From positions 512,001 to 576,000 of the forward strand of contig CAWHBU010000003.1 of assembly GCA_963827685.1 (NCBI GenBank): DNA of 64,000 bases. The letters run 5' to 3'. The stretch comes from an uncultured delta proteobacterium. GTDB taxonomy: Bacteria > Desulfobacterota > BSN033 > UBA1163. Positions within the stretch are counted from its first letter, which is position 1. Every line of letters starts with the position of its first letter. Under the pieces are notes generated by a model. That model worked only from the letters and a program-made list of their open reading frames with translations. It had not been told where the DNA came from and did not search any database. Below are positions 49,613-60,323 of this stretch, in pieces. Both the position numbers and the translations under genes were made by a program.

Positions 49613-50311
49613 ATGGGAAAGCTTTCGATATTCGATCAAGTCAAGAAAGAAGGCAGGTCAGTACTCACCGAATTCGAATCCAAAAGAATTCTTAAACAGG
49701 CGGGAATATCCGTTGTGGAAACCAAACTGGCGAAGACCTCAAAAGAAGCCGCTTCGTTAGGCCGGAAAATGGGCTTCCCTGTGGCGTTAAAAATAACTTC
49801 CCCGGATGTAATCCACAAAAGCGACTCGGGTGGTGTCAAGCTTTCATTAAACAATATTACCGAGGTAAAAAAGGCCTATGATGAAATTTTGAAAAAAGTT
49901 AAGAAACAATATCCCCGCGCAGTTATTCATGGAGTATCCATACAAAAAATGGTCCGACCGGGGACAGAAGTCATTATTGGCACCAGCAAAGATCCTCAAT
50001 TTGGTCCTGTCATCATGTTTGGGTTGGGGGGCATTTTTGTGGAATTACTCAAAGACGTTTCTTTCAGGGTCATTCCTCTTGAACGGAAGGATGCTCAAGA
50101 AATGATTAACGAAATAAAAGGATATCCACTGTTGCAAGGATACAGGGGGAAGGAGCCTGCCAGCATCCCTGCTTTAGTGGAGATCATTCTAAAGATATCC
50201 AAATTGATAGAGGAGAATCCCCAGGTTAGAGAATTAGAACTGAATCCTGTATTTGCTTATCGAGACAAGGCCGTGGCCGTGGATGCAAGAATTATTTTAG
50301 AAAAAGATTAA
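49613..50311 (+). CDS. acyl-CoA synthetase (NDP-forming) beta subunit, ATP-grasp
   Basis: LTEFESK, HKSDSGGV, DPQFGPVIMFGLGG, ELNP, VDAR. Confidence 0.92.
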   Translation: MGKLSIFDQVKKEGRSVLTEFESKRILKQAGISVVETKLAKTSKEAASLGRKMGFPVALKITSPDVIHKSDSGGVKLSLNNITEVKKAYDEILKKVKKQYPRAVIHGVSIQKMVRPGTEVIIGTSKDPQFGPVIMFGLGGIFVELLKDVSFRVIPLERKDAQEMINEIKGYPLLQGYRGKEPASIPALVEIILKISKLIEENPQVRELELNPVFAYRDKAVAVDARIILEKD

Positions 50312-50336
50312 ATGGATACGGTTACCCTCTGCGTTC

Positions 50337-51443
50337 TTACCTTGCTGCAAAAAGCCTTAAATACTTTGCATACCCTTCTTTTTCCAGTTTCTCTTTGGGA
50401 ATGAATCTTAACGCTGCGGAATTCATGCAATACCGAAGTCCTGTCGGCTTTGGCCCGTCGTGAAACACGTGGCCGAGATGGGAATCGGCATCTTTGCTCC
50501 TCACCTCTATCCGTTTCACAAAAAAGCTGTTATCTTCTTTTTCGACAATACGGTCTGGTTCAAGGGGTGTGGTAAAACTTGGCCATCCGGTCCCGGAATC
50601 GAACTTGTCGAGGGAACTGAACAGAGGCTCTCCAGAGACGATATCGACATAAATTCCTTCCCCCTTATTATCCCAATATTCGTTCTGAAACGCCGGCTCC
50701 GTACCATTCTTTTGAGTCACCTTATACTGCAAAGAAGACAGTTTTCTTCTGAGGGTCACCTCGTCGGGTTTTTTATAGGTCCTTCCATCATGGGGCGTTG
50801 TGCCTTCCAGGTCTTTTCCCCAAACTTTGCTTAGAAACTGATCTCGACCGGACGCATGCCTGTAATATCTATATTTGAGAGGATGTTTCCTATAGTAATC
50901 CTGATGATACGCCTCTGCTTCATAAAATTTGGTAAACTTTATGATCTCCGTCACAACAGGTTTATTGAACCTTCCGGATTTGTCCAACGCCGCCTTTGAC
51001 TTTTCCGCCAATCTTTTTTGCTCTTCATCGTGATAAAAGATGACGCTCCGATATTGCGCACCTCGATCCACAAATTGTCCACCCGGATCAGTGGGATCAA
51101 CATGCTTCCAGAAGAAATCGAGTAATCCTTCATAAGTTAATTTAGAGGGATCATAATATACTTGGATGGCCTCGACATGCCCGGTCGTCCCAGACGATAC
51201 CTCTTCATAGGTTGGATTCTCTTTGTTCCCTCCGGTGTAGCCTGATATGACTTTGACAACCCCCGGCAATTTTTCAAAGTCTGCTTGAGTACACCAAAAA
51301 CATCCACCGGCGAAGGTAGCCTTTCTTGTCGCCTCATCCTCTTTCATCATACCATTTTTCACCCTTTGTTGAACTATATCGGACTTTTGACACCCGTTGA
51401 CGGCAACGAGCATTACCACCAACAATAAGAATAGAATTTTCAT
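50337..51443 (-). CDS. msrAB: exported bifunctional methionine sulfoxide reductase MsrA/MsrB
   Basis: [14 protein letters not shown] (MsrA); [20 protein letters not shown] (MsrB); lipoprotein-like signal. Confidence 0.95.
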   Translation of the reverse strand: MKILFLLLVVMLVAVNGCQKSDIVQQRVKNGMMKEDEATRKATFAGGCFWCTQADFEKLPGVVKVISGYTGGNKENPTYEEVSSGTTGHVEAIQVYYDPSKLTYEGLLDFFWKHVDPTDPGGQFVDRGAQYRSVIFYHDEEQKRLAEKSKAALDKSGRFNKPVVTEIIKFTKFYEAEAYHQDYYRKHPLKYRYYRHASGRDQFLSKVWGKDLEGTTPHDGRTYKKPDEVTLRRKLSSLQYKVTQKNGTEPAFQNEYWDNKGEGIYVDIVSGEPLFSSLDKFDSGTGWPSFTTPLEPDRIVEKEDNSFFVKRIEVRSKDADSHLGHVFHDGPKPTGLRYCMNSAALRFIPKEKLEKEGYAKYLRLFAAR

Positions 51444-51762
51444 TATGAATATCACCTCCGTTTGGCACGCCATTCATCATGGATTATGGTAAATTTAGCA
51501 GCTAATATCACTCCACAATGTAAGAATGATTATGAGTTTGCTAATTGTCAACCTTTTGCCCCCGGTATGAACCTTCGGCGTGAGCCTTTGCGGGGCCGAA
51601 TGGGCCAAGAAAAGATCAGAAAAGACTCTGTCATCAACAAGGATGTTAAGGCAACAGATTCTACCGTGTTTAAGTGGGAGAATTTTCTTTAACATTTCAT
51701 CCTCACCCGCGCCGTCGCCAGAGCAGCTATGGCGCGTCGGCAACTCCCCCTCTCCCCAGCGG

Positions 51763-51960
51763 CTGTGTCGTAACGTCATTGCGAGGGAGTAAAATGACCG
51801 AAGCAATCTCATAGTTATGGAGAGAGGTTGCCACGCCTGCGTGCCGAAATGTTTGCTTGCACGAAGCACTTCGACTAAGAAAGGCACTCCAGCGTGCAGG
51901 CTCGCTTTCCCGCCAAGGCGGGATCGCTCGCAATGACCAAGAGGGGTTACAACACAGTCT
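51763..51960. repeat. nested REP-like palindromic element
   Basis: gtcattgcgag...gaagcaatctc...ttgccacgcc...ctcgcaatgac; fragments also near 19152 and 23967. Confidence 0.7.
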
Positions 51961-52114
51961 CCTAACGGAGAGGGGGTGAGGGCAAAATTTCAGAGGATTA
52001 CAGTAAAAGAAATTAAAGTGGAAAATATTCGTGTAAGAAATTTGTTTACACCAAGATAGGTTTGTGCTAACTTATCATCGTGGCGGGGAAGGGGTAAAAA
52101 TGGGAGGAACCGCC

Positions 52115-52291
52115 ATGGAAACAAAGGTGGGAGACACGGTGAGAAGCATTTTAAACGGTATCGAGTATAAGGTTAAGAAAATCGTAAAGAGCATGGCCGT
52201 CCTTGAATCCCGAGACGGAAAAAACCAAATTTTAACAGAGCTTGAAAACCTAAGCTTATTCTACAAGAAAAAGAGAGGAAAAGTCGTATGA
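52115..52291 (+). CDS. small hypothetical protein, paralog of 26520-26702
   Basis: GGAGG RBS; GDTVRSILNGIEYKVKKI...VLE. Confidence 0.65.
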   Translation: METKVGDTVRSILNGIEYKVKKIVKSMAVLESRDGKNQILTELENLSLFYKKKRGKVV

Positions 52292-52390
52292 ACCAAGATA
52301 TGATAAATCCCCTTCCCGCCACATCATCTTTCAATTAAGACCGTTTATCTTCCCTCAGGCTTTATCGTTGTAGCCATTCTATCTCATGCT

Positions 52391-52786
52391 TTAAAGAAGC
52401 TCTCCGCAAAGACTTCGCAAAAAATTTCTTAGCTTCTCCAGGTCCCCCGGCGAGATATCAACAAACTTCACTCCCGCCCGATAATCCCCCTGATTCTCCC
52501 CCAGATGAATATCCATCCAAACTACCTGGACCAGCGTCTCGACGGTTTTTAATTCAGACCCGGAAGAAAAAAATAATTTCAACGACAGATGGTGTCCAAC
52601 TTCCATTTTTTCAGGAAGGTAAAGTAGCAACCCCCCTTCACTGGCATTGAGGGCCCCGCCACGGTTGGCAACCAAACCACTTCGAACATACTCTACCGGC
52701 AGATTAACATCAAAACGGGGATGTTTCCTCTTTTCAAAATTTACAGTTCCATAACGGGGTTTGACTTCTTTTTCTTCTTTTTTCAT
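52391..52786 (-). CDS. PilZ domain protein
   Basis: EKRKHPR, NASEGG. Confidence 0.88.
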   Translation of the reverse strand: MKKEEKEVKPRYGTVNFEKRKHPRFDVNLPVEYVRSGLVANRGGALNASEGGLLLYLPEKMEVGHHLSLKLFFSSGSELKTVETLVQVVWMDIHLGENQGDYRAGVKFVDISPGDLEKLRNFLRSLCGELL

Positions 52787-53006
52787 CTCATCAGTTGGCT
52801 AATAAGTTATCCCTAAGAGGTCTTCCAACTTAATCCACAAGAAAATGTTGAATAGCTGTGGAATTCAATCGTATTTTGCTTGAAGGGAGCGATTTCAACC
52901 ATTTTGCTTAATAAATAAGCACAGATAAGTCAAGAAATAGATTCATGAATCTGAGAAAATTTAGTAAATTGAATATTGTTAAGGTTACTACATATTACTT
53001 TTTTCT

Positions 53007-53201
53007 TCAACATTTATTAGTAACGGACTTGCTATCCCATTTTTTATCGGGATTCTCTTCTTTTTTGACAAATCCAAACCCTCCACATCTCGGGCAAACT
53101 TCGATATCTTCAGGGTCATTGAGTAATTTGCCGTTGCCATTACATTCGTTGCAGGAAAGCATACCATATTTTTCTGGATGAAAACTTTTATCCGTAGCCA
53201 T
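53007..53201 (-). CDS. small DnaJ-type CxxCxGxG zinc-finger protein
   Basis: CNECNGNG and CPRCGGFG; AGGAGG RBS. Confidence 0.7.
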   Translation of the reverse strand: MATDKSFHPEKYGMLSCNECNGNGKLLNDPEDIEVCPRCGGFGFVKKEENPDKKWDSKSVTNKC

Positions 53202-53247
53202 TCTTCCCCCTCCTTCTTTCAACATGCCAACTCAACGGACTGAAAGG

Positions 53248-53430
53248 TCAGGCATCCAATTTCCCAATTTTTTGTCTTTCCTCCCCCATCCGGCTTAGCG
53301 ATCGCCTATTCTCCAAAATTAAATAGTCAATAATTTCTCCACAATAGATGCACTTCCACCCCAGGAAATGTTCATGAGGACCATAAAATTTTTCCTGGAC
53401 CATGGTACTTCCGCAGCGATCACACCTCAT
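53248..53430 (-). CDS. small zinc-ribbon protein
   Basis: MRCDRCG...WKCIYCGEIID. Confidence 0.7.
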   Translation of the reverse strand: MRCDRCGSTMVQEKFYGPHEHFLGWKCIYCGEIIDYLILENRRSLSRMGEERQKIGKLDA

Positions 53431-53519
53431 TGGGAACTCCAAGAAGAATCCTCTAATTCCTTTGTTGGAAATCTACTCCTTCGACTTAGATTCTTTCCAT
53501 GGCTTCAGAGATGGTCATT

Positions 53520-53536
53520 AGCAAATACTATACCCA
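53520..53536 (-). promoter_or_regulatory. possible sigma54 promoter
   Basis: minus strand tgGG-tatagtattt-GCt (GG-N10-GC). Confidence 0.45.
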
Positions 53537-53821
53537 TTTGAATCACTACAAGATTGCACTTACTAACTTTTGGTCATTACAAGGCTTATACAGCTGACTC
53601 AGGTAGAGAAGTGGCTGTCAAAAGGATGCAACGAAAGTTGACATCTTTTTAGCGGCCTTCGGATAAGTTATTTAAATCAGTAAATTGGCCTTTGGTAAAA
53701 AAAGTTGACAGTGCAAAAAAAGTTGCACCTTTTTATAAGGCAGAAACCTAAAGAGAAGACGATGCCTGAGGAGTATTTGATGATGGGAGGCCGTGGAAAA
53801 GAATTGTGGCCTGCCAAATGC

Positions 53822-53958
53822 AGTGAAGCTCCCCGGCCACAGGCCGGGGCTTCCCGGGCACGCAGTGGCGAGCGAGATGCGAGCAAAGGAAATATCGTTT
53901 TAACTGTGCCCCTTAACCCCGCCTACAAGGCGGGGCTTGCGGGGCACCTGCCGGTCAA
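53822..53958. repeat. palindromic REP/MITE-like repeat, copy 2
   Basis: near-identical to 38801-38957; lies just 3' of tRNA-Gln. Confidence 0.85.
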
Positions 53959-53970
53959 CCACAAAATGCA

Positions 53971-54044
53971 TGGCTGGGGGGCAAGGATTCGAACCTCGGT
54001 TGATGGAGCCAGAGTCCATAGTCCTACCGCTAGACGACCCCCCA
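53971..54044 (-). tRNA. tRNA-Gln (CTG), copy 1
   Basis: U1-A72, anticodon arm atgga-ctCTGgc-tccat, GGTTCGAATCC, GCCA end. Confidence 0.93.
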
Positions 54045-54339
54045 ACCCTTGAAAAAACAAAGCCTGCCTCCGCTGCCTACCGGCAGGCAGATGCGGAGGG
54101 CAAAGAGCATAGCTTTGTTGGCTCAAAGCAATGATACCACTAAAAATGCAGATGGATCAATATCAACGAGACTTAGCTTCGAGATGACTTAAAAGATCGC
54201 CCATTGGAATCTCTTTGGGGTTTCTGCCTCAGTATTTCTCAAGAAGCTCCTGAAATCTCTTAGCCCATTGGGTCTTGCGAGATGGGTAGGATATGATATA
54301 TTAAGAGGCGAAGTGGAGCAAGAGAAAGGAACCTACGCC

Positions 54340-56028
54340 ATGGGTCAAACCAATTCGTCAGCCTCCTCAGATTTTATAAGAGAAATTATTGAGGAACACC
54401 TAAGAACCAATAGGTTCCAGGGACGTGTCGCGACACGCTTTCCACCCGAACCGAATGGATACCTCCATATCGGACATGCCAAGTCCGTCTGCCTCAATTT
54501 TGGCATCGCCGCCCAGTATGGGGGTACCTGTAATGTAAGGATGGATGATACAGATCCAAGTGGTGAATCCCTTGAATATGTCGAATCGATTATCAACAAT
54601 GTCCGCTGGTTGGGGTTTGATTGGGAAGATCGCCTGTTCTACGCTTCTGACTATTTTGAGCAGCTCTACCAATTTGCAGTCCGACTGATTGAAGCCGACA
54701 AAGCCTATGTCTGCAGTCTGAGTGCAGATGAAATAAGGGAACAACGGGGTACTTTAACCGAGCCGGGAAAAGAGAGTCCTTATCGGAACCGCTCCATGGA
54801 AGAGAACCTGGATTTATTCAGGCGAATGCGGGCGGGAGAATTCGAGGACGGAGCCCATGTGCTTCGTGCCAAAATCGATATGGCCTCTCCAAACATCACC
54901 CTACGAGATCCTGTCCTCTACCGCATCAAGCGGGCGACTCACTATCGAACGGGGACGAAATGGTGCATCTACCCGATGTACGACTTTGCCCACTGTCTTT
55001 CAGACTCCATCGAAAAAATCACTCATTCGATTTGCACCCTGGAGTTTGAAAATAACCGTCCCTTGTACGATTGGATTCTGGATCAGTTGAGCGTGGATTG
55101 TCATCCTCAGCAAATTGAATTCGCTCGTCTCAACCTCAACTACACGATTCTCAGTAAGCGAAGACTAATCGAATTAGTAACCAGAGGGCATGTGACAGGC
55201 TGGGACGATCCACGAATGCCCACTATAGCGGGGATGAGAAGGCGAGGCTACACACCGGAGGCGATCCGAAACTTTTGTGCGAGGATCGGTGTAGCCAAGA
55301 ATGAAAATCTTGTCGATATTTCTCTTCTTGAGCACTGCGTTCGTGAAGATTTGAATGAACGGGCGCTACGCGTCATGGGCGTATTGCGGCCCCTTCGTGT
55401 GGTCATCGATAACTATCCCGAAGGGCAGGTCGAAGAGTTTAAATGTCCCAATCATCCACAGAACCCTGATATGGGATCGCGGAGTGTCCCCTTTTCCAGA
55501 GTACTCTATATTGAACAAGATGACTTTCACAAAAATCCTCCCAAAAAATACTATCGCCTCGGTCCGGGGCGTGAGGTGCGCCTGCGATATTCGTACATCA
55601 TAAAGTGTGTAAGGATGGTTGAGGATGCGAAGACGGGTGAGGTCGCTGAAGTGCACTGCACCTATGATCCAGAGACGCGAAATGCCCCGCCCCCAGACGG
55701 ACACAAAGTTGAGGGAGTCATTCACTGGGTGTCGGCGAGCCATTCGGTTCCTGTTGAGGTGCGATTGTATGATCGTCTCTTCCAGATCCCCGAGCCAGCG
55801 GCTGAAGGAGATGATTTTACAAGACACCTAAATCCAAAATCGTTGGAAACCCTCACCTCATGCCGTGTGGAACCCAATCTCGCTAAGGCAGCCCCAGGAA
55901 GCAGATACCAGTTCGAAAGGCTCGGCTATTTCTTTGTGGATCCTGTTGATTCTTCCGATACAACCCTGGTATTCAATCGGACTGCGACACTACGAGATAC
56001 CTGGGCCAAAATCTCGGGGAAAGGATAG
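54340..56028 (+). CDS. glnS: glutamine--tRNA ligase
   Basis: [35 protein letters not shown]. Confidence 0.96.
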   Translation: MGQTNSSASSDFIREIIEEHLRTNRFQGRVATRFPPEPNGYLHIGHAKSVCLNFGIAAQYGGTCNVRMDDTDPSGESLEYVESIINNVRWLGFDWEDRLFYASDYFEQLYQFAVRLIEADKAYVCSLSADEIREQRGTLTEPGKESPYRNRSMEENLDLFRRMRAGEFEDGAHVLRAKIDMASPNITLRDPVLYRIKRATHYRTGTKWCIYPMYDFAHCLSDSIEKITHSICTLEFENNRPLYDWILDQLSVDCHPQQIEFARLNLNYTILSKRRLIELVTRGHVTGWDDPRMPTIAGMRRRGYTPEAIRNFCARIGVAKNENLVDISLLEHCVREDLNERALRVMGVLRPLRVVIDNYPEGQVEEFKCPNHPQNPDMGSRSVPFSRVLYIEQDDFHKNPPKKYYRLGPGREVRLRYSYIIKCVRMVEDAKTGEVAEVHCTYDPETRNAPPPDGHKVEGVIHWVSASHSVPVEVRLYDRLFQIPEPAAEGDDFTRHLNPKSLETLTSCRVEPNLAKAAPGSRYQFERLGYFFVDPVDSSDTTLVFNRTATLRDTWAKISGKG

Positions 56029-56042
56029 TACATAGTAGCTTA

Positions 56043-57179
56043 TCATGCTAGTAATGTCCTTAGATTTGTCAGGATTTCTAAAACCGGGGCAATTTCAATT
56101 TTGCCATCATACATCCGGCGATTTCCTGTGTAAACAAAGTACGCCTTTGCCATAGGATAATCTGCTAAGAATGATTTTAACCCTCCAAGCATGGCCGATG
56201 TAATCCTCGATGTTCTTTTTATTTCAAAGGCGAGCAGTCCTTTAGGCCCATACAAAACAAAGTCCACTTCTCTGCCATTTGAAGTACGCCAGTAAAAAAT
56301 CTTATAACCAAAATCCAAGGCGTTATTAAGCGCAATGAACTCTTGAAGAAAGAGCGCTTCCAAAGCGATTCCATCAACCTCTTCCGGAGCATCGAGCGGC
56401 CCCATGGGTCTCAAAGTCCTATAGATCCCTACATCAAAAAAATAGAATTTGGGATGTACTATAAGCCGTCTTTTTGCCTTCTTAGAGAAAATGGGTACCC
56501 GGTAGCCGATCATAAGATCCTCAAGTATCGAAAAGTAACTTTCAACAACCTTTCTTTCGACATGACATTCCCGTGCCACAGAAGAAATGCTCAAAACAGA
56601 TCCCTGCGAGAAACTCGCGGCCTCCAGAAATCGAGCAAATGCCGAAAGGTTTCTTGTGAGCCCTTCCTGACGAATCTCTTCTTCAAGATAAGTCCTTACA
56701 TAGGCCTCAAGATATTTCTTGGGATCGGCTTCCGTGTAGACGCTGGGTAATTGACCATACCTAAGAGAATGTTCCAATCGAAAATCGTCTCCCAATTCAG
56801 TAACAGATAAAGGATACATGGAAAGCGTCAACGCCCGGCCAGCCAGAAGGTTTGGACCCTTTCCTTTCAGCTTCCGTGGGCTGGAGCCGGTGAGAACAAA
56901 GCGATATTTTTTTGTTTCAATCAAGCGGTGGACTTCATGCAAAAGATCGGGGATCCGCTGAACTTCATCAATAATGATCCAGTCCTTGAAATCAGGGGGG
57001 AAAAAATTCGACAATCGTTGTGGATTTGCTGTCAAATCATTGAATAGCTCAGCTTCTAATAGATCAATATAAACAGCCCTTGGAAAGGCAGACTTAACCC
57101 ATGTGGTCTTGCCGGTTCCTCGGGGACCGAACAAAAAGAAACTTTTGGCTTTTGGCGGCCTGATAATTCTGGAATACAT
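56043..57179 (-). CDS. AAA_14 ATPase with DUF4143 / PD-(D/E)XK-like C-terminus
   Basis: GPRGTGKT, IDEVQ, LTGSS, KFYFFDVG, EVDFV..FEIK. Confidence 0.9.
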   Translation of the reverse strand: MYSRIIRPPKAKSFFLFGPRGTGKTTWVKSAFPRAVYIDLLEAELFNDLTANPQRLSNFFPPDFKDWIIIDEVQRIPDLLHEVHRLIETKKYRFVLTGSSPRKLKGKGPNLLAGRALTLSMYPLSVTELGDDFRLEHSLRYGQLPSVYTEADPKKYLEAYVRTYLEEEIRQEGLTRNLSAFARFLEAASFSQGSVLSISSVARECHVERKVVESYFSILEDLMIGYRVPIFSKKAKRRLIVHPKFYFFDVGIYRTLRPMGPLDAPEEVDGIALEALFLQEFIALNNALDFGYKIFYWRTSNGREVDFVLYGPKGLLAFEIKRTSRITSAMLGGLKSFLADYPMAKAYFVYTGNRRMYDGKIEIAPVLEILTNLRTLLA

Positions 57180-57542
57180 GATTCCATTTTACATATAAAT
57201 TTGGAGTTGTCAAGTAAATTTCTACAAATTCATTCCCTGGCCTTCACTTCCACTCATCCATTCTGAAAAGCTCTCGCCAATGAAGGTAAGGAAATTGAAC
57301 AACGCTTAATGCTCACCCTGTTACCAAGGGGTTACTCCCGAAAGATGAGTACGGTCAGATTGATATCAAATCTTTGAGATGTTATCATCATTACGCGTTG
57401 CAGAGTTCGTGTCAATATGGCTTATCTCCTTATTTGTAAGATTCGTCATGATCAGCTGAAAAACTCTTGATGACCAAAGTGGGTGTACAAGAAGCACATC
57501 ATTTGTAATTGATAGTGATTCTAAATCCTCAGAGGTGGGTCG

Positions 57543-58526
57543 ATGATTGAAGAAATCTTGGCAAATCTATACAAAATCGAAATTCCTCTTCCGAAGAATC
57601 CCCTGAAAGCCATCAACTCCTACGTGATAAAGAATGCGGAACGAAACTTGATTATCGATACCGGCTGGAATCAAGAACAGTGCATGGAGGTCATGCAAGC
57701 CGGTTTGAGGGAACTTGGAGTCGATATAAGAAAAACAGACTTTTTTATTACTCATCTCCACGCAGATCATTTTGGTCTTGTCTCCAACCTTATTACAGAT
57801 AATTCGAAGATATACTTCAACCGGCCGGATGCCGATCGATTTAAATCGGGTTTTCGGCTGGAGGAGTTTCTAAACTTTGCCCGCTTGAACGGTTACCCTG
57901 AGAATGAGCTTCAGAAGGCCCTCCAGAGCCATCCCGGCCTTAAATTCAGGCCAAGCGCCGACTTAACTTTTCATATCTTGAAAGAGGGCGACACCATAAG
58001 CATCGGGGATTATGCATTCAAGTGTATTGAGACGCCCGGCCATACTTGGGGGCATATGTGTCTTTACGAACCCGGCAAGAAGATCTTTGTATCCGGAGAT
58101 CATATCCTTAATGACATCACTCCCAACATCCAATTGTGGTCAGATGAGTGGAATCCCTTGAAGGAGTACTTAGCAAGCTTGGACAAGGTCTATGAGCTTG
58201 ATATCAAACTTGTACTGCCCGGACATAGAGGCATTTTCAGGGACTGCAGGAAAAGGATTCAGGAATTAAAACAACACCACCAGGACAGGCTTGATGAAAT
58301 TGTTTCTATTCTGGGAAAGGCCAAGATGAATGCTTTTCGGGTGGCTTCTAAGATGACCTGGGATATTGTAAGTGACTCTTGGGATCTATTCCCGGTCTCC
58401 CAAAAATGGTTTGCCACTGGCGAGGCAATTGCTCATCTGAAATACCTTAAGGAGAAAGGAACCATAAGAAGCGAAGTTCGGAAACAGAAGATCGTGTTTT
58501 CTCTGAACAGAAATCATGCGATGTAG
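57543..58526 (+). CDS. MBL-fold metallo-hydrolase
   Basis: THLHADH, PGHT.GH, SGDH, PGH. Confidence 0.92.
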   Translation: MIEEILANLYKIEIPLPKNPLKAINSYVIKNAERNLIIDTGWNQEQCMEVMQAGLRELGVDIRKTDFFITHLHADHFGLVSNLITDNSKIYFNRPDADRFKSGFRLEEFLNFARLNGYPENELQKALQSHPGLKFRPSADLTFHILKEGDTISIGDYAFKCIETPGHTWGHMCLYEPGKKIFVSGDHILNDITPNIQLWSDEWNPLKEYLASLDKVYELDIKLVLPGHRGIFRDCRKRIQELKQHHQDRLDEIVSILGKAKMNAFRVASKMTWDIVSDSWDLFPVSQKWFATGEAIAHLKYLKEKGTIRSEVRKQKIVFSLNRNHAM

Positions 58527-58606
58527 CTCTCGAAGAGAGAAGCATCCAAACAATCTGCTCAAGAGAGGTATTAAGAATCGCCTTTAGACTGTTTCCTGCT
58601 CTTGGC

Positions 58607-58650
58607 AATAAAAATGGGTCTGGCACAATGGAACCAGACCCATTTTTATT
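58607..58650. terminator. bidirectional terminator
   Basis: aataaaaatgggtctgg...ccagacccatttttatt. Confidence 0.75.
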
Positions 58651-58653
58651 CTA

Positions 58654-58727
58654 TGGCTGGGAGACGAGGGGTCGAACCTCGATTCACGGAGTCAGAGTCC
58701 GTTGTCCTACCATTGAACGATCTCCCA
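58654..58727 (-). tRNA. tRNA-Gln (CTG), copy 2
   Basis: U1-A72, anticodon arm acgga-ctCTGac-tccgt, GGTTCGAC, GCCA end. Confidence 0.93.
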
Positions 58728-58830
58728 ATTTCTCGTGTCCGTGATTTGTGTCACGTGACTCGTTTCACTCAATAAAAAATATTAACACAAAAACTTTACT
58801 TTAGTACATCTAAAAGTTTATTGATCAATC

Positions 58831-60084
58831 TCAAACAATCTTTGATTTCAGGGTTTCCAAAACCTTGTCAATCGGGATCTCTTCCTGGGATTTGGTTTCC
58901 ATATTTCTCAACACCGCTTTTCCTCGTTTCAATTCGTCTTCTCCCAGGATGAGGACATATCGAGCCTTGAGTTTGTCCGCCCTTCGCATCTGACTCTTCA
59001 GACTTTTCCCCTCATAGTCCAACTCTGCCCGAATTCTTTCGAGGTGGAGCTGGTTGGCCAATTGATAGGCCTTCGTGTAAGGTTTTTCGCCCAAGGCAGC
59101 GATGAAGAGGTGCGGGTATTGGGCAAATTCCTTTTCTTTCGGTAATAGGGAGATCAACCTCTCCATTCCTATGGCAAACCCAATCCCCGGAACATCAAGA
59201 CCTCCGATCTCCTGGAAGAGATTGTCATATCGTCCCCCTCCTGCTACGGCATTCTGAGAACCCAACTGATAAGAAACTACCTCAAAAGCGGTTCGGGTAT
59301 AATAATCCAACCCCCTCACCATTCGAGGATTCAAAATATAAGTCAGCCCTGCCGACTCAAGATATTCCTTCACTTTGTCAAAATGTTTCTGACATTCCGG
59401 ACAGATGAAGTCACTCACCTTGGGTGCGTTGGCAATCGCCTCCTGGCAGGTCTCGACCTTGCAGTCAAAGATGCGCAGAGGATTGGTCTGAAGCCTTCTC
59501 TGACAGTCCTCACAGAGCTGAAAAGATTTGCTGGTTAGAAACTTTTTTAGTTCGTCCCGGTAACGTGGCCGGCAGGCACGGCAGCCCAAGGAATTGATCT
59601 GAAGTTCGAGCTTCTCGAGCCCTACTCTTTCCAAAAAATGGATGAGCATGACAATGAGCTCGGCATCCACCATGGGGTTCTCCACACCAAAGACCTCTGC
59701 ATCAATCTGATAAAACTGACGGTAGCGCCCTTTTTGCGGTCTCTCATACCGGAACATGGGGCCAATACAGTAAAGCTTGGCTACGGAATCAATGGTATAG
59801 AGCTGGTGTTCCAAATAGGCACGTGCCATAGAGGCCGTGGCCTCGGGGCGGAGGGTTAGAGAGTTATCACTCTTATCGGTAAAAGTATACATCTCCTTCT
59901 CAACGATGTCGGTTGCTTCTCCGATGCCGCGGGAGAAAAGTTCTGTCCGTTCCAGGATAGGAATACGTATCTCCGAGAAACCAAACCCCTCGAAAACCTC
60001 CCGAGCGGTCTCTTCTACAAATTGCCACTTTCCGACCTCATCGGGAAGGATATCATTGAAACCACGAATGGCTTTGATTTCCAT
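58831..60084 (-). CDS. hisS: histidine--tRNA ligase
   Basis: LRPEAT, FRYERPQKGRYRQF, RGLDYY, GGGRYD, GFAIGMER. Confidence 0.97.
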   Translation of the reverse strand: MEIKAIRGFNDILPDEVGKWQFVEETAREVFEGFGFSEIRIPILERTELFSRGIGEATDIVEKEMYTFTDKSDNSLTLRPEATASMARAYLEHQLYTIDSVAKLYCIGPMFRYERPQKGRYRQFYQIDAEVFGVENPMVDAELIVMLIHFLERVGLEKLELQINSLGCRACRPRYRDELKKFLTSKSFQLCEDCQRRLQTNPLRIFDCKVETCQEAIANAPKVSDFICPECQKHFDKVKEYLESAGLTYILNPRMVRGLDYYTRTAFEVVSYQLGSQNAVAGGGRYDNLFQEIGGLDVPGIGFAIGMERLISLLPKEKEFAQYPHLFIAALGEKPYTKAYQLANQLHLERIRAELDYEGKSLKSQMRRADKLKARYVLILGEDELKRGKAVLRNMETKSQEEIPIDKVLETLKSKIV

Positions 60085-60148
60085 GCTGAGTCCCCTCACT
60101 TTTGATCTCAGTAATTTATCCCATTGACTACCAAAAGTCAAAATCGAA

Positions 60149-60220
60149 ATCCCCCTCACCCTCCCCTTCCCCTGCCTTCGCCGAAGCGGCTTCGCGCAGG
60201 CAGGCCACAGGGGAGAGGGA
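60149..60220. repeat. REP-like nested palindrome
   Basis: ccctcaccctcccc...cctgcc..gaagcggcttc..ggcagg...ggggagaggg. Confidence 0.55.
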
Positions 60221-60323
60221 AAAAGCGAAGGAAGTCAAAATACAAATAGTTGATTCTGTTGATTCTTGAGGAGATTTGAGATAACCTGAATCAATGGAGA
60301 AGGTTAAGGTTGGGGTTAAGACG

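Noticed and set aside
41930-50311. Separated acyl-CoA synthetase alpha and beta genes as a novelty
   Set aside because: Multiple alpha genes sharing unlinked beta subunits is a known arrangement.
53677-54134. ORFs 53705-54052, 53677-53886, 53923-54126, 53937-54134
   Set aside because: They overlap the REP element and tRNA-Gln and are spurious.
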